A stretch of DNA of 64,000 nt, from assembly GCA_963802945.1 (NCBI GenBank), contig CAWDKY010000014.1, forward strand, positions 32,001 to 96,000, in the 5' to 3' direction. The notes beneath the pieces were generated by a model. It was not told the origin of the DNA. It saw only the letters and a list, made by a program, of their open reading frames with translations, and did not search any database. This document shows positions 45,401 to 57,865 of this stretch, piece by piece. A program made the position numbers and the translations under genes. Numbering within the stretch: position 1 is the stretch's first letter; every line of letters begins with the position of its first letter. The stretch comes from an uncultured delta proteobacterium. Its GTDB lineage: Bacteria > Desulfobacterota > RBG-13-43-22.

Positions 45401-46574
45401 AAGCGGGAGCGGGAACGGTACCCGCTTATCTATGGGACCTTACTCAAAGTCAAAGACAAACAATCGGTCAAGTCCGAAACACTGCTGGCCAACTGGGACC
45501 CTTTTACCATCCCGATTATTACCGCTGTTTCCGGCCGGGTCAAGTTCGGTGATCTAACCGAAGGAGCGACCCTGGAGGAACGGCGGGATGTGGTAACTGG
45601 AAAATCCAGCAAGGTCATTGTCGAATATCGGGATGCCGAAGTCCGGCCGCGAATTTCCATCAAAGATGAGGGCGGAAAAACAGCCCGGCTTACCAGGGAC
45701 CAATTCCTTTGCCCGTTACCTCTTGCCCATAGGGGCTATCGTCATGGTTTCCGAAGGGGATCAGGTTTTGGCCGGCGATGTGGTGGCCAAGATCCCCAGA
45801 GAGACTACCAAGACCAAGGATATTACCGGTGGTTTGCCCCGGGTGGCGGAACTCTTTGAGGTTCGTAAACCCAAAGAACATGCTGTGATAACCGAAATTG
45901 ATGGGGTGGTTTCTTTCGGAAAACATACCAAAGGAAAACGGAAAGTCATCGTTACCCCGGAGGTTGGCGAGGTCAAAGAATACCTGATTCCTAAAGGGAA
46001 ACATGTCAGCGTGCAGGAAGGGGATGTGATCCTGGCCGGTGAACCCTTGATGGATGGTTCGGCCAATCCACACGATATCCTGAGTGTCAGCGGGATTAAA
46101 GAACTGGCCAAATATCTGGTCAACGAAGTCCAGGAAGTCTATCGTCTTCAAGGAGTTAAGATCAACGACAAGCATATCGAGGTGATCGTCCGACAGATGT
46201 TGCGTAAGGTGAGGATTAAAGACCCCGGTGACACGGACTACCTGGTGGGAGACCAAGTGGAACGGCAGGCGTTTACTCAGAAAAACCAGGAGATTCTGGC
46301 TCGAGGGGGTAACCCGGCCCAGGCCGAACCTCTGCTCCAGGGAATCACCAAAGCCTCTCTGTCTACCGATAGTTTTATCTCGGCCGCCTCGTTTCAAGAA
46401 ACAACTAAGGTTTTAACCGACACCTGTATCGCCGGTGAGAAGGATTTCCTCCGAGGTCTTAAAGAAAACGTGATTATGGGACGATTGATCCCGGCCGGCT
46501 CGGGAATGCCCGTCTATCGTAAGATTCTTCTTCAGCAAATAGAAGAGAATGCGGAAAAAAAGATTGACAATTAA
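42476..46574 (+). CDS. rpoC: RNA polymerase beta' subunit (single frameshift near 45690)
   Basis: [26 protein letters not shown]; C-terminus ([23 protein letters not shown]) in overlapping ORF 45618-46574. Confidence 0.97.
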
Positions 46575-46592
46575 TGAAAAGCAGTTTATAAA
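46564..46592 (+). promoter_or_regulatory. Candidate sigma70 promoter of the rpsL operon, overlapping the rpoC end
   Basis: TTGACA(46564)-17-TATAAA(46587). Confidence 0.55.
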
Positions 46593-46649
46593 ATTAGATT
46601 TTTAGCTTTTAGGCAGTTCAACCAAAAGAAGAGGAACAAACAAGGAGTT

Positions 46650-47021
46650 ATGGCCACTATCAATCAATTGATTCGCCAGGGCAGGAAACAAGTTAAAGGG
46701 AAAAATACGGCGCCGGCCTTAAAGGGGTGTCCGCAAAAACGAGGGGTATGTATTCGAGTTTATACCTCGACACCCAAAAAGCCCAATTCGGCCCTTCGAA
46801 AAGTGGCCCGGGTGCGCTTGACCAATGGGATGGAGGTGACTACTTATATCCCGGGGATTGGACATAATCTGCAGGAGCACTCGGTGGTTCTAATTCGAGG
46901 CGGCAGGGTCAAGGATCTGCCTGGAGTTAGATATCATATTATTCGCGGGACGCTGGACTCCATCGGTGTGGCGGATCGAAAAAACAGCCGATCCAAATAC
47001 GGGGCCAAAAGACCGAAGTAA
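46650..47021 (+). CDS. rpsL: 30S ribosomal protein S12
   Basis: [20 protein letters not shown]. Confidence 0.99.
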   Translation: MATINQLIRQGRKQVKGKNTAPALKGCPQKRGVCIRVYTSTPKKPNSALRKVARVRLTNGMEVTTYIPGIGHNLQEHSVVLIRGGRVKDLPGVRYHIIRGTLDSIGVADRKNSRSKYGAKRPK

Positions 47022-47143
47022 TAAATAACAGGGGTCGAGGAGCCAAGGATTCGAGGGTTCAATCCCGCCGAAGGCGGGACTTGAATCCTTGAACCCTTTT
47101 GGAATTTACCTCACAACTTAACTTAATTTACAAAGAGGTCGGA

Positions 47144-47614
47144 ATGCCGAGGAAAAGAGAAGTCATTCACAGGGGGATCTTGCCTGATCCCAAGTATCAC
47201 AGTCTACTGGTGGCCAAGTTTGTCAATTCTCTAATGCGCCAAGGGAAAAAGAGCACGGCCGAGTCGATTCTCTATCGATCTTTGGATTTGATCGGCAAGA
47301 AGGGCGACGAGGAACCGATTAAGATATTCGAAAAGGCCTTAGAAAATATTAAGCCGGTGATTGAGGTTAAATCCAGAAGGGTCGGAGGTTCCACTTACCA
47401 GGTTCCGGTGGAGGTCAAATCAAGCCGGAGGCTTTCTCTGAGTATCCGTTGGGTCATTACCTATGCCAAAGCGCGTTCTGAGAAAACTATGGAAGGTAAA
47501 TTGGCCGGGGAGCTGTTGGATGCGGCTAATAATCGGGGGGCGGCCATCAAAAAGAAAGAAGACACCCACAAAATGGCTGAGGCAAACAAGGCCTTTGCCC
47601 ACTACCGCTGGTAA
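47144..47614 (+). CDS. rpsG: 30S ribosomal protein S7
   Basis: [23 protein letters not shown]. Confidence 0.98.
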   Translation: MPRKREVIHRGILPDPKYHSLLVAKFVNSLMRQGKKSTAESILYRSLDLIGKKGDEEPIKIFEKALENIKPVIEVKSRRVGGSTYQVPVEVKSSRRLSLSIRWVITYAKARSEKTMEGKLAGELLDAANNRGAAIKKKEDTHKMAEANKAFAHYRW

Positions 47615-47658
47615 CCGGTGACTAAGGGTATGTTTCAAAGAGGAAATGGAGTCATTGT

Positions 47659-49737
47659 TTGTCTGAGCAGGTTTTATTATCACGGATTCGGAATATAGGG
47701 ATCATGGCTCACATCGATGCCGGAAAAACCACCACCACCGAAAGGATTCTTTATTATACAGGAGTGTCCTACAAGATGGGGGAGGTGCATGAGGGATCAG
47801 CGGTGATGGACTGGATGGAACAGGAGCAGGAACGGGGTATTACCATTACTTCGGCAGCCACCACTTGTACCTGGAGCGATCACCGGATTAATATTATTGA
47901 TACCCCAGGTCATGTGGATTTCACCATTGAAGTTGAAAGGAGCTTAAGGGTCCTTGATGGGGCGATAGCGGTTTTTGATGCCGTAGCCGGTGTGGAACCG
48001 CAATCGGAGACGGTCTGGAGACAAGCGGACCGCTACAATATTCCGCGATTGGCTTTTATTAATAAAATGGATCGGGTCGGGGCCGATCATGAACGGTGCC
48101 TGAAAATGATGGAAGAACGGCTGGGTGCCAATCCGGTGTTCATTCAATGTCCTCTGGGTAAGGAAGAATCCTTTCAGGGGATCATTGATCTGATTGCCCT
48201 TAAGGCTTATTCCTTTAATCAGTCAACCCTCGGGCGGACTTTGGAATCCGAGCCCATTCCCGAGGATTTGAAAGAGACGGTGATTTTGTATCGGCGAAAA
48301 TTAATTGAAGCTTTGGCCGATACCGACGACACTCTTATGGAAGTCTACCTAGAAGGAAAAGAATTATCGGAAGAATTGATCATCCAGGCTCTGCGCCAGG
48401 CCACCTTAAAGCAAAAGGTGGTTCCCGTGCTTTGCGGCTCGGCTTTTAAAAATAAAGGGGTTCAGCCTCTCTTAGATGCCATCGTCCGCTATCTGCCGGC
48501 CCCGACAGATGTTCCTCCGATCCAAGGGAAGAATCCTTCCGGGGAAGTAGAAGAACGAAGGGCCGATGAAGAAGCCCCTTTTACTGCTCTGGCCTTTAAA
48601 TTAATGTCTGATCCTTATGTCGGCCATTTAACCTTTTTAAGGGTTTATTCCGGACAACTGTCCTCCGGGGGAGCGGTTTTAAATGTTAACAAAGGACGGA
48701 AAGAAAAGATCGGCCGCCTGTTGAAGATGCATGCCAATCAGAGGGAAGAAATCAAAGAGATGAGGGCCGGGGATATTGTGGCTGTGGTGGGATTGAAAAA
48801 CACCACCACCGGCGACAGCCTTTGTGATCCTAACGCCCCTCTATTACTGGAATCACTGGACATCCCGGTACCGGTGATCTCAATTGCCATCGAACCCAAA
48901 AGTAAGGCCGACCTTGACAAATTGGGCCTGTCCCTTCAAAGGATTGCTGCTGAAGACCCCTCCTTTAAAGTCCATACCGAGCAGGAGACCGGGCAGACCA
49001 TCATCTCCGGTATGGGTGAACTGCACTTGGAAATTATTGTCGATCGGCTTACACGGGAGTTTAATGTCGCCGCCGATATCGGCAAACCCCAGGTGGCTTA
49101 CAAAGAAACCATCACCCGGGAAATGAAAGCCGAAGGAAAGTACATTCGTCAAAGTGGAGGACGGGGACAATACGGTCATGTCTGGCTTGAGACTTATCCC
49201 AGGAAAGCCGGCAGTGGATTTTTGTTTGAAAATAAGATTGTCGGGGGTGTGATTCCCAAGGAATATATTCCGGCCGTGGAAAAAGGGATCATTGAGGCCA
49301 TGGAAGGGGGAGTGCTGGCCGGATATCCCATGGTGGATGTAGGGGTCAGGCTGGTGGACGGCTCTTTTCATGAAGTGGATTCTTCGGAACGGGCCTTTCT
49401 TTTTGCCGGATCCATCGCCTTTAAGGAAGCGGCGGCCAAGGCCCAGGCCGTTTTACTGGAACCGATTATGGAAGTGGAAATCGTGACTCCTGAAGAATTT
49501 ATCGGGGAAGTCATGGGAGATTTGAATTCCCGCCGGGGAAAAATCCTGGGATTGGAGAACCGGGGCAAAGCCCGAATCGTACGGGGGCAGGCTCCAATGG
49601 CCGAGGTGTTCGGTTATTCAACCGGTATCAGGTCCTTGACTCAAGGCCGAGCCACATTTACCCTCCAATTTTCCCATTATCTGAAGGTTCCTCAATCCGT
49701 ATTCGAATCTCTTATCAAAGATAGAAAAAAGGGTTAA
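47659..49737 (+). CDS. fusA: Elongation factor G
   Basis: [29 protein letters not shown]. Confidence 0.99.
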   Translation: MSEQVLLSRIRNIGIMAHIDAGKTTTTERILYYTGVSYKMGEVHEGSAVMDWMEQEQERGITITSAATTCTWSDHRINIIDTPGHVDFTIEVERSLRVLDGAIAVFDAVAGVEPQSETVWRQADRYNIPRLAFINKMDRVGADHERCLKMMEERLGANPVFIQCPLGKEESFQGIIDLIALKAYSFNQSTLGRTLESEPIPEDLKETVILYRRKLIEALADTDDTLMEVYLEGKELSEELIIQALRQATLKQKVVPVLCGSAFKNKGVQPLLDAIVRYLPAPTDVPPIQGKNPSGEVEERRADEEAPFTALAFKLMSDPYVGHLTFLRVYSGQLSSGGAVLNVNKGRKEKIGRLLKMHANQREEIKEMRAGDIVAVVGLKNTTTGDSLCDPNAPLLLESLDIPVPVISIAIEPKSKADLDKLGLSLQRIAAEDPSFKVHTEQETGQTIISGMGELHLEIIVDRLTREFNVAADIGKPQVAYKETITREMKAEGKYIRQSGGRGQYGHVWLETYPRKAGSGFLFENKIVGGVIPKEYIPAVEKGIIEAMEGGVLAGYPMVDVGVRLVDGSFHEVDSSERAFLFAGSIAFKEAAAKAQAVLLEPIMEVEIVTPEEFIGEVMGDLNSRRGKILGLENRGKARIVRGQAPMAEVFGYSTGIRSLTQGRATFTLQFSHYLKVPQSVFESLIKDRKKG

Positions 49738-49796
49738 TCCGTAGGTTCAGTATATTATGGGAAAAGAATTAATTTAACCAAAAGGGAGGCGGGGAG

Positions 49797-50996
49797 ATGT
49801 CGAAGAAGAAATTTGAGCGGACGAAGCCGCATGTGAATGTAGGGACGATAGGGCATATAGATCATGGGAAGACGACGTTGACGGCGGCGATCACGTTATG
49901 TTTATCGAAGGTAGGGATGGCGAGTTATGTGCCGTTTGACCAGATAGACAAGGCGCCGGAGGAGAAGGAACGGGGGATCACGATAGCGACGGCGCACGTG
50001 GAGTATGAGACGAAGAAACGGCATTATGCGCATGTGGATTGTCCGGGGCATGCGGATTATATTAAGAACATGATCACCGGAGCGGCGCAGATGGACGGAG
50101 CGATTTTGGTGGTCGGGGCGGATGACGGGCCGATGCCGCAGACGAGGGAGCATATTTTATTGGCGCGGCAGGTTGGGGTGCCGTATATCGTGGTTTTTTT
50201 GAACAAGACGGACATGGTGGATGATCCGGAATTGATAGAGCTGGTGGAGTTGGAGTTAAGGGAGTTATTGACCAAGTATGAATTTCCTGGGGACGAGATA
50301 CCGATCATCAAGGGATCGGCGTTGAAGGCCTTGGAATGCGGGTGTGGGAAAGAGGAATGCAACAACTGCAGGCCGATATTGGAATTGATGGATGCGGTGG
50401 ACAAGTTTATCCCGGAGCCGGTGAGGGATATAGAGAAGCCGTTTTTGATGCCGGTGGAGGATGTGTTTAGTATATCTGGGCGCGGGACGGTAGTAACGGG
50501 CCGAGTGGAACGAGGGCAGGTGAAGGTTGGGGAGGAAGTGGAGATTATCGGGATCCGGCCGACGGCCAAGACGATCTGTACCGGGGTGGAGATGTTTCGG
50601 AAGACGTTGGACCAGGGGCAGGCGGGAGACAATCTGGGGTTATTGCTTCGGGGGACGAAGCGGGACGAAGTGGAACGGGGCCAGGTGGTGGCCAAGCCGG
50701 GGAGCATCACGCCGCACACCAAGTTTAAGGCCGAGGCGTATATATTGACCAAGGAAGAAGGGGGCCGGCACACGCCGTTTTTCAATGGGTACCGGCCGCA
50801 GTTTTATTTTCGAACGACGGACGTGACGGGAGTGGTGACGTTACCGGAAGGGGTGGAGATGGTGATGCCTGGGGACAATGTCTCGGTGGAGATATCGTTG
50901 ATCACCCCGATTGCCATGGAGAAGGAGCTTCGTTTTGCCATCCGGGAAGGGGGCCGCACGGTCGGCGCCGGCGTCATCTCGGAGATTATCGAATAA
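49797..50996 (+). CDS. tuf: Elongation factor Tu (copy 2; same protein sequence as copy 1)
   Basis: Translation identical to 33039-34238. Confidence 0.99.
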   Translation: MSKKKFERTKPHVNVGTIGHIDHGKTTLTAAITLCLSKVGMASYVPFDQIDKAPEEKERGITIATAHVEYETKKRHYAHVDCPGHADYIKNMITGAAQMDGAILVVGADDGPMPQTREHILLARQVGVPYIVVFLNKTDMVDDPELIELVELELRELLTKYEFPGDEIPIIKGSALKALECGCGKEECNNCRPILELMDAVDKFIPEPVRDIEKPFLMPVEDVFSISGRGTVVTGRVERGQVKVGEEVEIIGIRPTAKTICTGVEMFRKTLDQGQAGDNLGLLLRGTKRDEVERGQVVAKPGSITPHTKFKAEAYILTKEEGGRHTPFFNGYRPQFYFRTTDVTGVVTLPEGVEMVMPGDNVSVEISLITPIAMEKELRFAIREGGRTVGAGVISEIIE

Positions 50997-51090
50997 ACAC
51001 AACAAGAAGTCAGAAGACGGAACGAAAACAAACTAGATGATAATTATTCTGAATTCTGACTCCTGAATACTGTAATTAAGAGGAAGTACT

Positions 51091-51402
51091 ATGATGACCA
51101 GTCAAAAAATACGGATCCAACTCAGGGCGTTCGACCATAAATTGTTGGATCAATCGGCAGCCGAGATCGTGGAAACAGCCCGAAGAACCGGGGCACGGAT
51201 AGCCGGGCCTATTCCCTTGCCGACGATGATTAAAAAATTTTGTGTTCTAAGATCTCCGCATGTGGATAAAAAATCCAGAGAACAGTTTGAAGTCCGAACC
51301 CACAAACGATTGTTGGACATTCTGGAACCGACTCAGGCCACGGTAGATGCCTTGATGAAATTGGATCTATCTGCCGGTGTAGATGTAGAGATAAAACTGT
51401 AA
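51091..51402 (+). CDS. rpsJ: 30S ribosomal protein S10
   Basis: [20 protein letters not shown]. Confidence 0.98.
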   Translation: MMTSQKIRIQLRAFDHKLLDQSAAEIVETARRTGARIAGPIPLPTMIKKFCVLRSPHVDKKSREQFEVRTHKRLLDILEPTQATVDALMKLDLSAGVDVEIKL

Positions 51403-51438
51403 GGCCATATTTTTTCAAAAACGGTCTGTAAGAGAAAG

Positions 51439-52056
51439 ATGAACATGCAAGGAATTTTGGGGAAAAAACTGGGAATGACCAGAATATTTTTAGAAGAGGG
51501 GAAGGCCGTAGCCGTAACGGTCATTGAGGCCGGACCCTGTGTGGTGGTTCAGAAAAAAGGGGAACAAAATCACAAGACGGTCTATCAACTTGGATTTATC
51601 CCGGCCAAACCCAAGGCACTTAATAAACCCATGCAGGGACATTTTAACAAAAAGGGGATGAACACCCTCAGCCATCTGAAAGAATTTACAGCTTCGGGTG
51701 ACAAACCCTATAAGGTGGGCGATGAGGTCCGGGTCGATATATTCCAGGTAGGGGATAAAGTAAAAGTCCAGGGGACCAGCAAGGGGAAAGGCTTCGCCGG
51801 CGTCGTCAAGCGATGGAATTTTTCAGGAGGAAAGGACACCCACGGGTGCACTTCTCACCGGGTTCCCGGGTCCATCGGCGCCAGTGCCTACCCTTCCCGG
51901 GTCATCAAAGGCAAAAAACTTCCCGGGCACATGGGAAACCGCCGGGTGAGCATCCTTCATCTTTCGGTTGTGGATATCAGGCCGGAACAAAATTTACTGC
52001 TGGTTAAAGGGGCAGTGCCTGGGAGTCGCAATAATCTCCTGGCCATTTATAAATAA
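51439..52056 (+). CDS. rplC: 50S ribosomal protein L3
   Basis: GKKLGMT, SKGKGFAG, HRVPGSIG. Confidence 0.98.
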   Translation: MNMQGILGKKLGMTRIFLEEGKAVAVTVIEAGPCVVVQKKGEQNHKTVYQLGFIPAKPKALNKPMQGHFNKKGMNTLSHLKEFTASGDKPYKVGDEVRVDIFQVGDKVKVQGTSKGKGFAGVVKRWNFSGGKDTHGCTSHRVPGSIGASAYPSRVIKGKKLPGHMGNRRVSILHLSVVDIRPEQNLLLVKGAVPGSRNNLLAIYK

Positions 52057-52150
52057 TGATGCTGGATACTCGATAAAAACCTTTTCAATCCAGCATCCAG
52101 CATCCAATATCCGGATTTGGAAAACGAATTTCAAAGTCAAGGAAGAAAGC

Positions 52151-52774
52151 ATGCCAACGGTAACTGTCTATAACCTCTCCGGTGAAAAGATGGAAGAACT
52201 TTTCCTGAAGGATGAGATCTTTAACCGAGAGGTTAATCCACACATACTTCATCAAATGGTCTTGAGCCTTCAAGCCAGGCAGAGGGCTGGAACCTCCTCG
52301 ACCAAAGATCGATCCGAAGTCCGAGGCGGCGGTAAAAAGCCTTTCCGTCAAAAGGGGACCGGCCGAGCCAGGCAGGGGACCAGGACCTCTCCTTTGATGC
52401 GAAAAGGGGGGGTAGTATTCGGACCAGGACCAAGGACCTATGAACCGAAAGTCAATAAAAAGGTCAGGAAGTTGGCCATGAAAATGGCCTTGTCCTCCAG
52501 ATGGCAGGGGGATCAACTAATGGTCTTGGATCATTTCCATCTGGATGAGATCAAGACGAAAAAATTTCACCAGGTCATGGATCAACTTCAATTGAAAAAA
52601 ACCCTGATCGTCACCGATCAGGAAAACCTGAATCTGGAAAAATCAGCTCGTAACGTGAAGGGCGTAAAAGTCCTCCGGGCTGATGGATTGAATGTTTATG
52701 ATATATTAAAATACGATCGTCTGATCCTGCTTAAACCCAGCATTCCGATTATTGAGGAGGCCTTAGGCCAATGA
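52151..52774 (+). CDS. rplD: 50S ribosomal protein L4
   Basis: GGGKKPFRQKGTGRARQG; start set at ATG 52151. Confidence 0.97.
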   Translation: MPTVTVYNLSGEKMEELFLKDEIFNREVNPHILHQMVLSLQARQRAGTSSTKDRSEVRGGGKKPFRQKGTGRARQGTRTSPLMRKGGVVFGPGPRTYEPKVNKKVRKLAMKMALSSRWQGDQLMVLDHFHLDEIKTKKFHQVMDQLQLKKTLIVTDQENLNLEKSARNVKGVKVLRADGLNVYDILKYDRLILLKPSIPIIEEALGQ

Positions 52775-53052
52775 AAGATATGTTCCAAATCATCAAGAGA
52801 CCCTTGTTAACGGAAAAATCAACTCGAAAGAAAGAAGAGTTCAATGAAGTGACTTTCGAGGTGGACCGTCGAGCCAATCGTTCAGAGGTCAAAATGGCTG
52901 TCCAGACCCTGTTTAAGGTCAAGGTGCAACGGGTTAATCTCCTGCAGCAAGGTGGAAAGAAAAAGCGCGTGGGGAAAAACCTTGGACGAACTGCAGATTG
53001 GAAGAAGGCCCTGGTCAGGCTGGCCCCGGGTGAAGCGATTGAAAATCTATAA
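52771..53052 (+). CDS. rplW: 50S ribosomal protein L23
   Basis: PLLTEKS, WKKALV. Confidence 0.96.
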   Translation: MKDMFQIIKRPLLTEKSTRKKEEFNEVTFEVDRRANRSEVKMAVQTLFKVKVQRVNLLQQGGKKKRVGKNLGRTADWKKALVRLAPGEAIENL

Positions 53053-53081
53053 GGAAGGGACCTTGGTAAGGGAGAAGCAAT

Positions 53082-53909
53082 ATGGCCATTAAAACATGTA
53101 CACCGACCTCAGCCGGAAGGCGGTTTCAAACCTTTGATACCTTCGATGAAATCACGGAGGGGAAACCCTTGCGGGGTCTGGTCGAACCTTTACCTCGGAC
53201 CGGCGGTCGTAACAATTACGGCCGTATCACCAGCCGGTATATGGGGGGCGGGCATAAGCGCCAGTTTCGCCGTATCGATTTTAAGCGGGAGAAAATCGAC
53301 ATCCCGGCCAAGGTGGCCGGAATCGAATACGATCCCAATCGTTCCACCAGGATCGCCCTACTTCATTATGCTGACGGGGAAAAACGTTACATTCTGGCCC
53401 CTCTTCAGCTCAAGGTGGGAGATGTGGTGATCAGCAGTATGCAGGCCGACATCAAACCGGGAAACAGCCTACCCATCGCCAACATTCCTTTGGGAACCAC
53501 TATTCATAACATTGAATTAAAACCGGGGTGCGGCGGGCAATTGGCCCGCAGCGCCGGGACTTATGCCCAACTCATGGCCAAGGAAGACAAATATGGGCAA
53601 GTTAAATTGCCTTCAGGAGAAGTTCGCAAGGTATTATTGACCTGCCGGGCCACGATCGGGCAGTGCGGCCATCTATTGCATGAGCGGATTTCCTTGGGCA
53701 AGGCCGGCCGAAGCCGTTGGCTGGGTCAAAGACCCAAGGTGCGCGGTGTGGCCATGAACCCGGTGGATCATCCCCATGGCGGAGGGGAGGGGAAATCCTC
53801 CGGTGGTCGGCATCCGGTAACCCCCTGGGGGGTTCCAACGAAGGGTTTTAAAACCCGCAAGAAAAAAAGTAGTGATCGGTTGATCGTTAAAAAGAGAAAA
53901 GCACAGTAA
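53082..53909 (+). CDS. rplB: 50S ribosomal protein L2
   Basis: [20 protein letters not shown]. Confidence 0.99.
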   Translation: MAIKTCTPTSAGRRFQTFDTFDEITEGKPLRGLVEPLPRTGGRNNYGRITSRYMGGGHKRQFRRIDFKREKIDIPAKVAGIEYDPNRSTRIALLHYADGEKRYILAPLQLKVGDVVISSMQADIKPGNSLPIANIPLGTTIHNIELKPGCGGQLARSAGTYAQLMAKEDKYGQVKLPSGEVRKVLLTCRATIGQCGHLLHERISLGKAGRSRWLGQRPKVRGVAMNPVDHPHGGGEGKSSGGRHPVTPWGVPTKGFKTRKKKSSDRLIVKKRKAQ

Positions 53910-53910
53910 C

Positions 53911-54036
53911 AATTTCGGATTTCAGATTGCGGATTTCGGAATAAAAAGGTTTAAATCAATCTGAAAAAAGAATTACGGATTGAGGAATGAAAAAGTACCT
54001 TATTATTCCGCAATCTAAAATCGGCAATCCGAAATT
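53911..54036. repeat. Heptamer-periodic inverted-repeat element (rplB-rpsS spacer)
   Basis: ATTTCGG ATTTCAG ATTGCGG ATTTCGG AAT ... ATTCCGC AATCTAA AATCGGC AATCCGA AATT. Confidence 0.85.
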
Positions 54037-54051
54037 GAAATGGGGGTAGGT

Positions 54052-54342
54052 GTGGCACGTTCAATAAAAAAAGGTCCTTTTGTTGATGAACCTTTGTTGA
54101 AAAAAGTACAAGAATCCCAGGAGACCAAAAGCCGGAAAGTCATTAAAACCTGGTCGCGTCGCTCAACCGTCATGCCTGAATTTGTGGGTATGACCTTTGC
54201 GGTCCATAACGGTAAAAAGTTCATTCCGGTCTATGTTACTGAAAATATGGTCGGCCACAAATTGGGGGAATTTTCTCCCACCCGAACTTTTTATGCCCAT
54301 TCCGGGAATAGAAAGACCGCGGTAAAAGGAAAGGCCAAGTAG
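54052..54342 (+). CDS. rpsS: 30S ribosomal protein S19
   Basis: [21 protein letters not shown]. Confidence 0.98.
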   Translation: MARSIKKGPFVDEPLLKKVQESQETKSRKVIKTWSRRSTVMPEFVGMTFAVHNGKKFIPVYVTENMVGHKLGEFSPTRTFYAHSGNRKTAVKGKAK

Positions 54343-54356
54343 GAAAGGGTAAACCC

Positions 54357-54686
54357 ATGGAAACAAAGGCCCAGGCCAAATATATCCGGATAGCGCCCCG
54401 CAAGGTCCAGGTGATCATTCCGGCCATCAAGGGGAGAAAAGTGGAAGAGGCCATTTCCATTTTGCAGTTTATGCCCAGGAAAGGGGCGCGAATCCTTCAA
54501 AAAGTTTTGCATTCGGCGGTAGCCAATGCCGAACAGAATAAAGTGGATATCGACACCCTGGTGGTCAAGACGGTTCTGGTCGATGGCGGTCCTACTTTGA
54601 AGCGTTTTATGCCCAGAGCCATGGGCCGGGCCTATCCCATATTAAAAAGGACCAGTCATATCACGGTTTTTTTAGAAGAAGCTTAA
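54357..54686 (+). CDS. rplV: 50S ribosomal protein L22
   Basis: SAVANA, PRAMGRA, KRTSHIT. Confidence 0.98.
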   Translation: METKAQAKYIRIAPRKVQVIIPAIKGRKVEEAISILQFMPRKGARILQKVLHSAVANAEQNKVDIDTLVVKTVLVDGGPTLKRFMPRAMGRAYPILKRTSHITVFLEEA

Positions 54687-54702
54687 AAAGAAGGAGGTCG
54701 GT

Positions 54703-55356
54703 TTGGGACAGAAGACACATCCAAAAGGATTCCGACTGGTAGTCAACAAGGACTGGAATTCGCGATGGTTTGCTGACAAGGACAAGGAATTCGCGCAGTT
54801 CATTCGGGAAGATAAAGAGATTCGCGATTTTCTGAAAAAAAGGTTGTTTGAGGCCGGTGTGGCCCGGATTGAAATAGAAAGGGCGGCCAATAAGGCCAAG
54901 ATCATCATTTATACCGCCAGGCCTGGGATCGTCATCGGCAAAAAAGGTGCCCAGATTGAAGGTCTTAAAAAAGACCTGGAAAAACAGATTAAACGGGAAG
55001 TGATTTTGGATATCCAGGAGGTTCGAAAACCGGAGGTTGAGGCCCAGTTGGTGGCTGAAAATGTGGCTTCGCAATTAGAGCGCCGGGTGGCCTTCAGGAG
55101 GGCCATGAAAAAGGCGGTCACTTCGGCCAGAAAATTCGGGGCCGGAGGGATCAAGATCGCCTGTGCCGGACGTTTGGGCGGGGCAGAAATGGCCCGAACC
55201 GAATGGTATCGGGAAGGTCGGGTCCCCCTCCATACCCTGCGAGCTGATATCGATTACGGATTTGCCGAAGCGGCCACGACCTACGGACTAATCGGGATCA
55301 AGGTGCTTATTTTTAAAGGGGAAAGATTAGTCGAAAAGGAAATACCGGCCAGATAA
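54703..55356 (+). CDS. rpsC: 30S ribosomal protein S3
   Basis: [23 protein letters not shown]. Confidence 0.98.
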   Translation: MGQKTHPKGFRLVVNKDWNSRWFADKDKEFAQFIREDKEIRDFLKKRLFEAGVARIEIERAANKAKIIIYTARPGIVIGKKGAQIEGLKKDLEKQIKREVILDIQEVRKPEVEAQLVAENVASQLERRVAFRRAMKKAVTSARKFGAGGIKIACAGRLGGAEMARTEWYREGRVPLHTLRADIDYGFAEAATTYGLIGIKVLIFKGERLVEKEIPAR

Positions 55357-55375
55357 AAAAAGAGGAATTTAAGTT

Positions 55376-55789
55376 ATGCTCAGTCCAAAGAAAGTTAAAT
55401 ATCGTAAGCAGCAAAAAGGCCGGATGCGAGGGGCCGCCTACCGTGGTTCGAACCTGGGGTATGGCGACTTTGGGCTTCAGGCCTTGGAATGTGGGCGATT
55501 GACGGCCCAACAGATCGAAGCGGCCCGTATTGCCATGACCCGCTCCATTAAGCGAGGCGGTAAGATCTGGATATGCATTTTCCCCGATAAACCGATTACC
55601 AAGAAACCGGCTGAAACCCGAATGGGAAAGGGGAAAGGTGCCCCTGAGGCCTGGGTGGCGGTTATTCGCCCGGGACGTATGATTTATGAAATGGAAGGCG
55701 TATCCAAGGAAGTGGCCGACGAAGCCTTGCGGTTGGCTGCTCATAAACTTCCCATCAAGACCAAAATTGTGGTTAGGAGCCTGTTGTGA
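55376..55789 (+). CDS. rplP: 50S ribosomal protein L16
   Basis: [13 protein letters not shown]. Confidence 0.98.
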   Translation: MLSPKKVKYRKQQKGRMRGAAYRGSNLGYGDFGLQALECGRLTAQQIEAARIAMTRSIKRGGKIWICIFPDKPITKKPAETRMGKGKGAPEAWVAVIRPGRMIYEMEGVSKEVADEALRLAAHKLPIKTKIVVRSLL

Positions 55790-55980
55790 AAGCCAGCGAA
55801 ATAAAAGATTTGACCTTCGAGGAGTTAAAGTCCAAAGAAAAAGAGATGCAGGAGACCCTGTTTAATCTGCGGTTTCAACATGCGACGGGCTTGCTGGAAA
55901 ATACCATGCGTATTCCGATGATTAAAAAAGATTTGGCTCGGATCAAGACCGCTATTCGAACCAAGATGACAGCGGAGTAG
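55786..55980 (+). CDS. rpmC: 50S ribosomal protein L29
   Basis: [16 protein letters not shown]. Confidence 0.96.
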   Translation: MKASEIKDLTFEELKSKEKEMQETLFNLRFQHATGLLENTMRIPMIKKDLARIKTAIRTKMTAE

Positions 55981-56003
55981 AAAAAACCGAAGGGGTTTAA
56001 GAT

Positions 56004-56261
56004 ATGGAAAAGAGGGGCAGTCAAAAGACGTTAACCGGGATTGTAGTCAGTGATCAAATGGAAAAATCTGTGGTGGTTTCGGTTGAACGATTGGTGAAAC
56101 ATCCCGTATATCAGAAGTATATTCGAAGGAAGGCCAAATTTTTGGCCCATGATGAAAAAAACGAGTGCCGAATCGGGGATCGGGTTTTGCTGACGGAAAC
56201 ACGTCCTCTGAGCAAGCAGAAGCGATTTAAGATCAGCAAGATCTTAGAGAAAATGGAGTAG
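56004..56261 (+). CDS. rpsQ: 30S ribosomal protein S17
   Basis: HPVYQK, AHDE, ETRPLSK. Confidence 0.97.
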   Translation: MEKRGSQKTLTGIVVSDQMEKSVVVSVERLVKHPVYQKYIRRKAKFLAHDEKNECRIGDRVLLTETRPLSKQKRFKISKILEKME

Positions 56262-56279
56262 AAGGCAAGGTGATCCCTG

Positions 56280-56648
56280 ATGATACAAACGCAAACCAAA
56301 TTGGATGTGGCCGATAACTCCGGAGCCAAAAAAATATTTTGTATCCGGGTCTTGGGGGGAACTCGCCGCCGGTATGCCCGGATCGGGGATATTATTGTAG
56401 TGTCCGTCAAGGAGGCTATTCCGAATGCCAAGGTTAAAAAAGGGGATGTGATGAAGGCCGTGGTGGTTCGGACTAAAAAGGAGATATCCCGTCCTGACGG
56501 TTCTTATATTAAATTTGATGATAATTCGGCGGTGTTGATCAATCAGCAACGGGAGCCTGTCGGGACCCGAATTTTCGGCCCGGTGGCCAGGGAACTCAGG
56601 GCCAAAAATTTTATGAAGATAATATCTCTCGCTCCTGAAGTGCTATAA
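56280..56648 (+). CDS. rplN: 50S ribosomal protein L14
   Basis: [20 protein letters not shown]. Confidence 0.98.
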   Translation: MIQTQTKLDVADNSGAKKIFCIRVLGGTRRRYARIGDIIVVSVKEAIPNAKVKKGDVMKAVVVRTKKEISRPDGSYIKFDDNSAVLINQQREPVGTRIFGPVARELRAKNFMKIISLAPEVL

Positions 56649-56664
56649 AAAAGAAGGATCGGCC

Positions 56665-56997
56665 ATGATAGGGCAAAAAATGATATTGAAAAAAAACGAC
56701 AAGGTCATGGTTATTTCGGGAAAAGAAAAGGGTAAGGTCGGTAAAATACTCAAAATCTTTTCGAAAAAAAACCGGGTGATCGTCGAGAAAGTAAACTATA
56801 TCAAGCGGCATACGCGTCCCGGAGGAAAGGTCAGCAAAGGGGGCATCATTGAAAAAGAAGCCCCTCTTCATGTCTCCAATGTGATGCTCATCTGTGGGAA
56901 ATGCACCGACCCGGTTCGGGTGGGTTTTCAGAAGCAGACGGATGGGACAACAGTCCGCATTTGTAAAAAATGCGGGGAGATTCTGGAGAATAAATAG
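56665..56997 (+). CDS. rplX: 50S ribosomal protein L24
   Basis: [17 protein letters not shown]. Confidence 0.97.
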   Translation: MIGQKMILKKNDKVMVISGKEKGKVGKILKIFSKKNRVIVEKVNYIKRHTRPGGKVSKGGIIEKEAPLHVSNVMLICGKCTDPVRVGFQKQTDGTTVRICKKCGEILENK

Positions 56998-57019
56998 CCG
57001 GAAAAGGATAAAGTCAGGC

Positions 57020-57559
57020 ATGCCCAGATTAAAAACGTTTTATGAAAAAGAAGTCAGACCCCAGTTGATCAAGGAGTTTAATTATAAAAATATTATGGAG
57101 GTCCCCAAGTTGCAAAGTGTGGTGCTCAATATGGGCCTTGGGGAGGCCATTCAAAATATCAAGATCATGGATAATGCCGTAGAAGAATTGGCCCTTATTG
57201 CCGGACAAAAACCGGTTATTACCCGAGCCAAAAAATCCATTGCTTCATTCAAATTGCGGGAAAAAATGCCCATCGGATGTATGGTAACCTTAAGAAGAGA
57301 CCGGATGTATGACTTCCTGGATAAATTGATCCACGTTGCCTTGCCCCGGGTCCGGGATTTTCGGGGGGTTTCACCAAAATCCTTTGACGGCCGCGGCAAT
57401 TATACTTTGGGAATACGCGAACATATTATTTTTCCGGAGATCAATTACGACAAAATAGACAAGATCAAGGGCTTGAATATCACTATTGTAACCAGCTCGA
57501 AGACGGATGAAGAAGGCCGACTCTTGCTGCAATTATTGGGGATGCCTTTTCGTAATTAA
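57020..57559 (+). CDS. rplE: 50S ribosomal protein L5
   Basis: [21 protein letters not shown]. Confidence 0.98.
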   Translation: MPRLKTFYEKEVRPQLIKEFNYKNIMEVPKLQSVVLNMGLGEAIQNIKIMDNAVEELALIAGQKPVITRAKKSIASFKLREKMPIGCMVTLRRDRMYDFLDKLIHVALPRVRDFRGVSPKSFDGRGNYTLGIREHIIFPEINYDKIDKIKGLNITIVTSSKTDEEGRLLLQLLGMPFRN

Positions 57560-57636
57560 TCCATAGAGGCCGACCCAAGGGGTATTCAGGAAAAGTGATC
57601 CAGGAATAAAACCGGGAAAAAGAAGGAGAAGACACA

Positions 57637-57822
57637 TTGGCAAAAACGTCTTTAATGATTAAGGCCGGCCGGACCCCCAAATTCAAAGTCCGGTCCTATA
57701 ATCGATGTCCCCTATGTGGACGCCCCAGGGGTTATATACGAAAATTTGGGATATGCCGCATCTGCTTCCGGATGATGGCCCTCAAGGGGGATATCCCCGG
57801 TGTGGTTAAATCTAGTTGGTAG
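57637..57822 (+). CDS. rpsN: 30S ribosomal protein S14, zinc-binding (type Z)
   Basis: RCPLCGRP...ICRICFR. Confidence 0.97.
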   Translation: MAKTSLMIKAGRTPKFKVRSYNRCPLCGRPRGYIRKFGICRICFRMMALKGDIPGVVKSSW

Positions 57823-57865
57823 TAACAATATATTTATAAAGGAACCGAAAAAGGAGTAGAAATTT

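Noticed and set aside
42476-46574. Naturally split rpoC (cyanobacterial rpoC1/rpoC2-like) or programmed frameshift
   Set aside because: The break is near residue 1070, not at the cyanobacterial split position. One base restores the frame, and similar indels occur throughout the window.
51968-52150. Apparent N-terminal extensions of L4 (also S7 from 47099, L5 from 56894, SSB from 20179)
   Set aside because: These are ORF-caller longest-start artefacts. Canonical downstream ATGs with purine-rich upstream sequence exist, and the L4 extension merely translates a repeat element.
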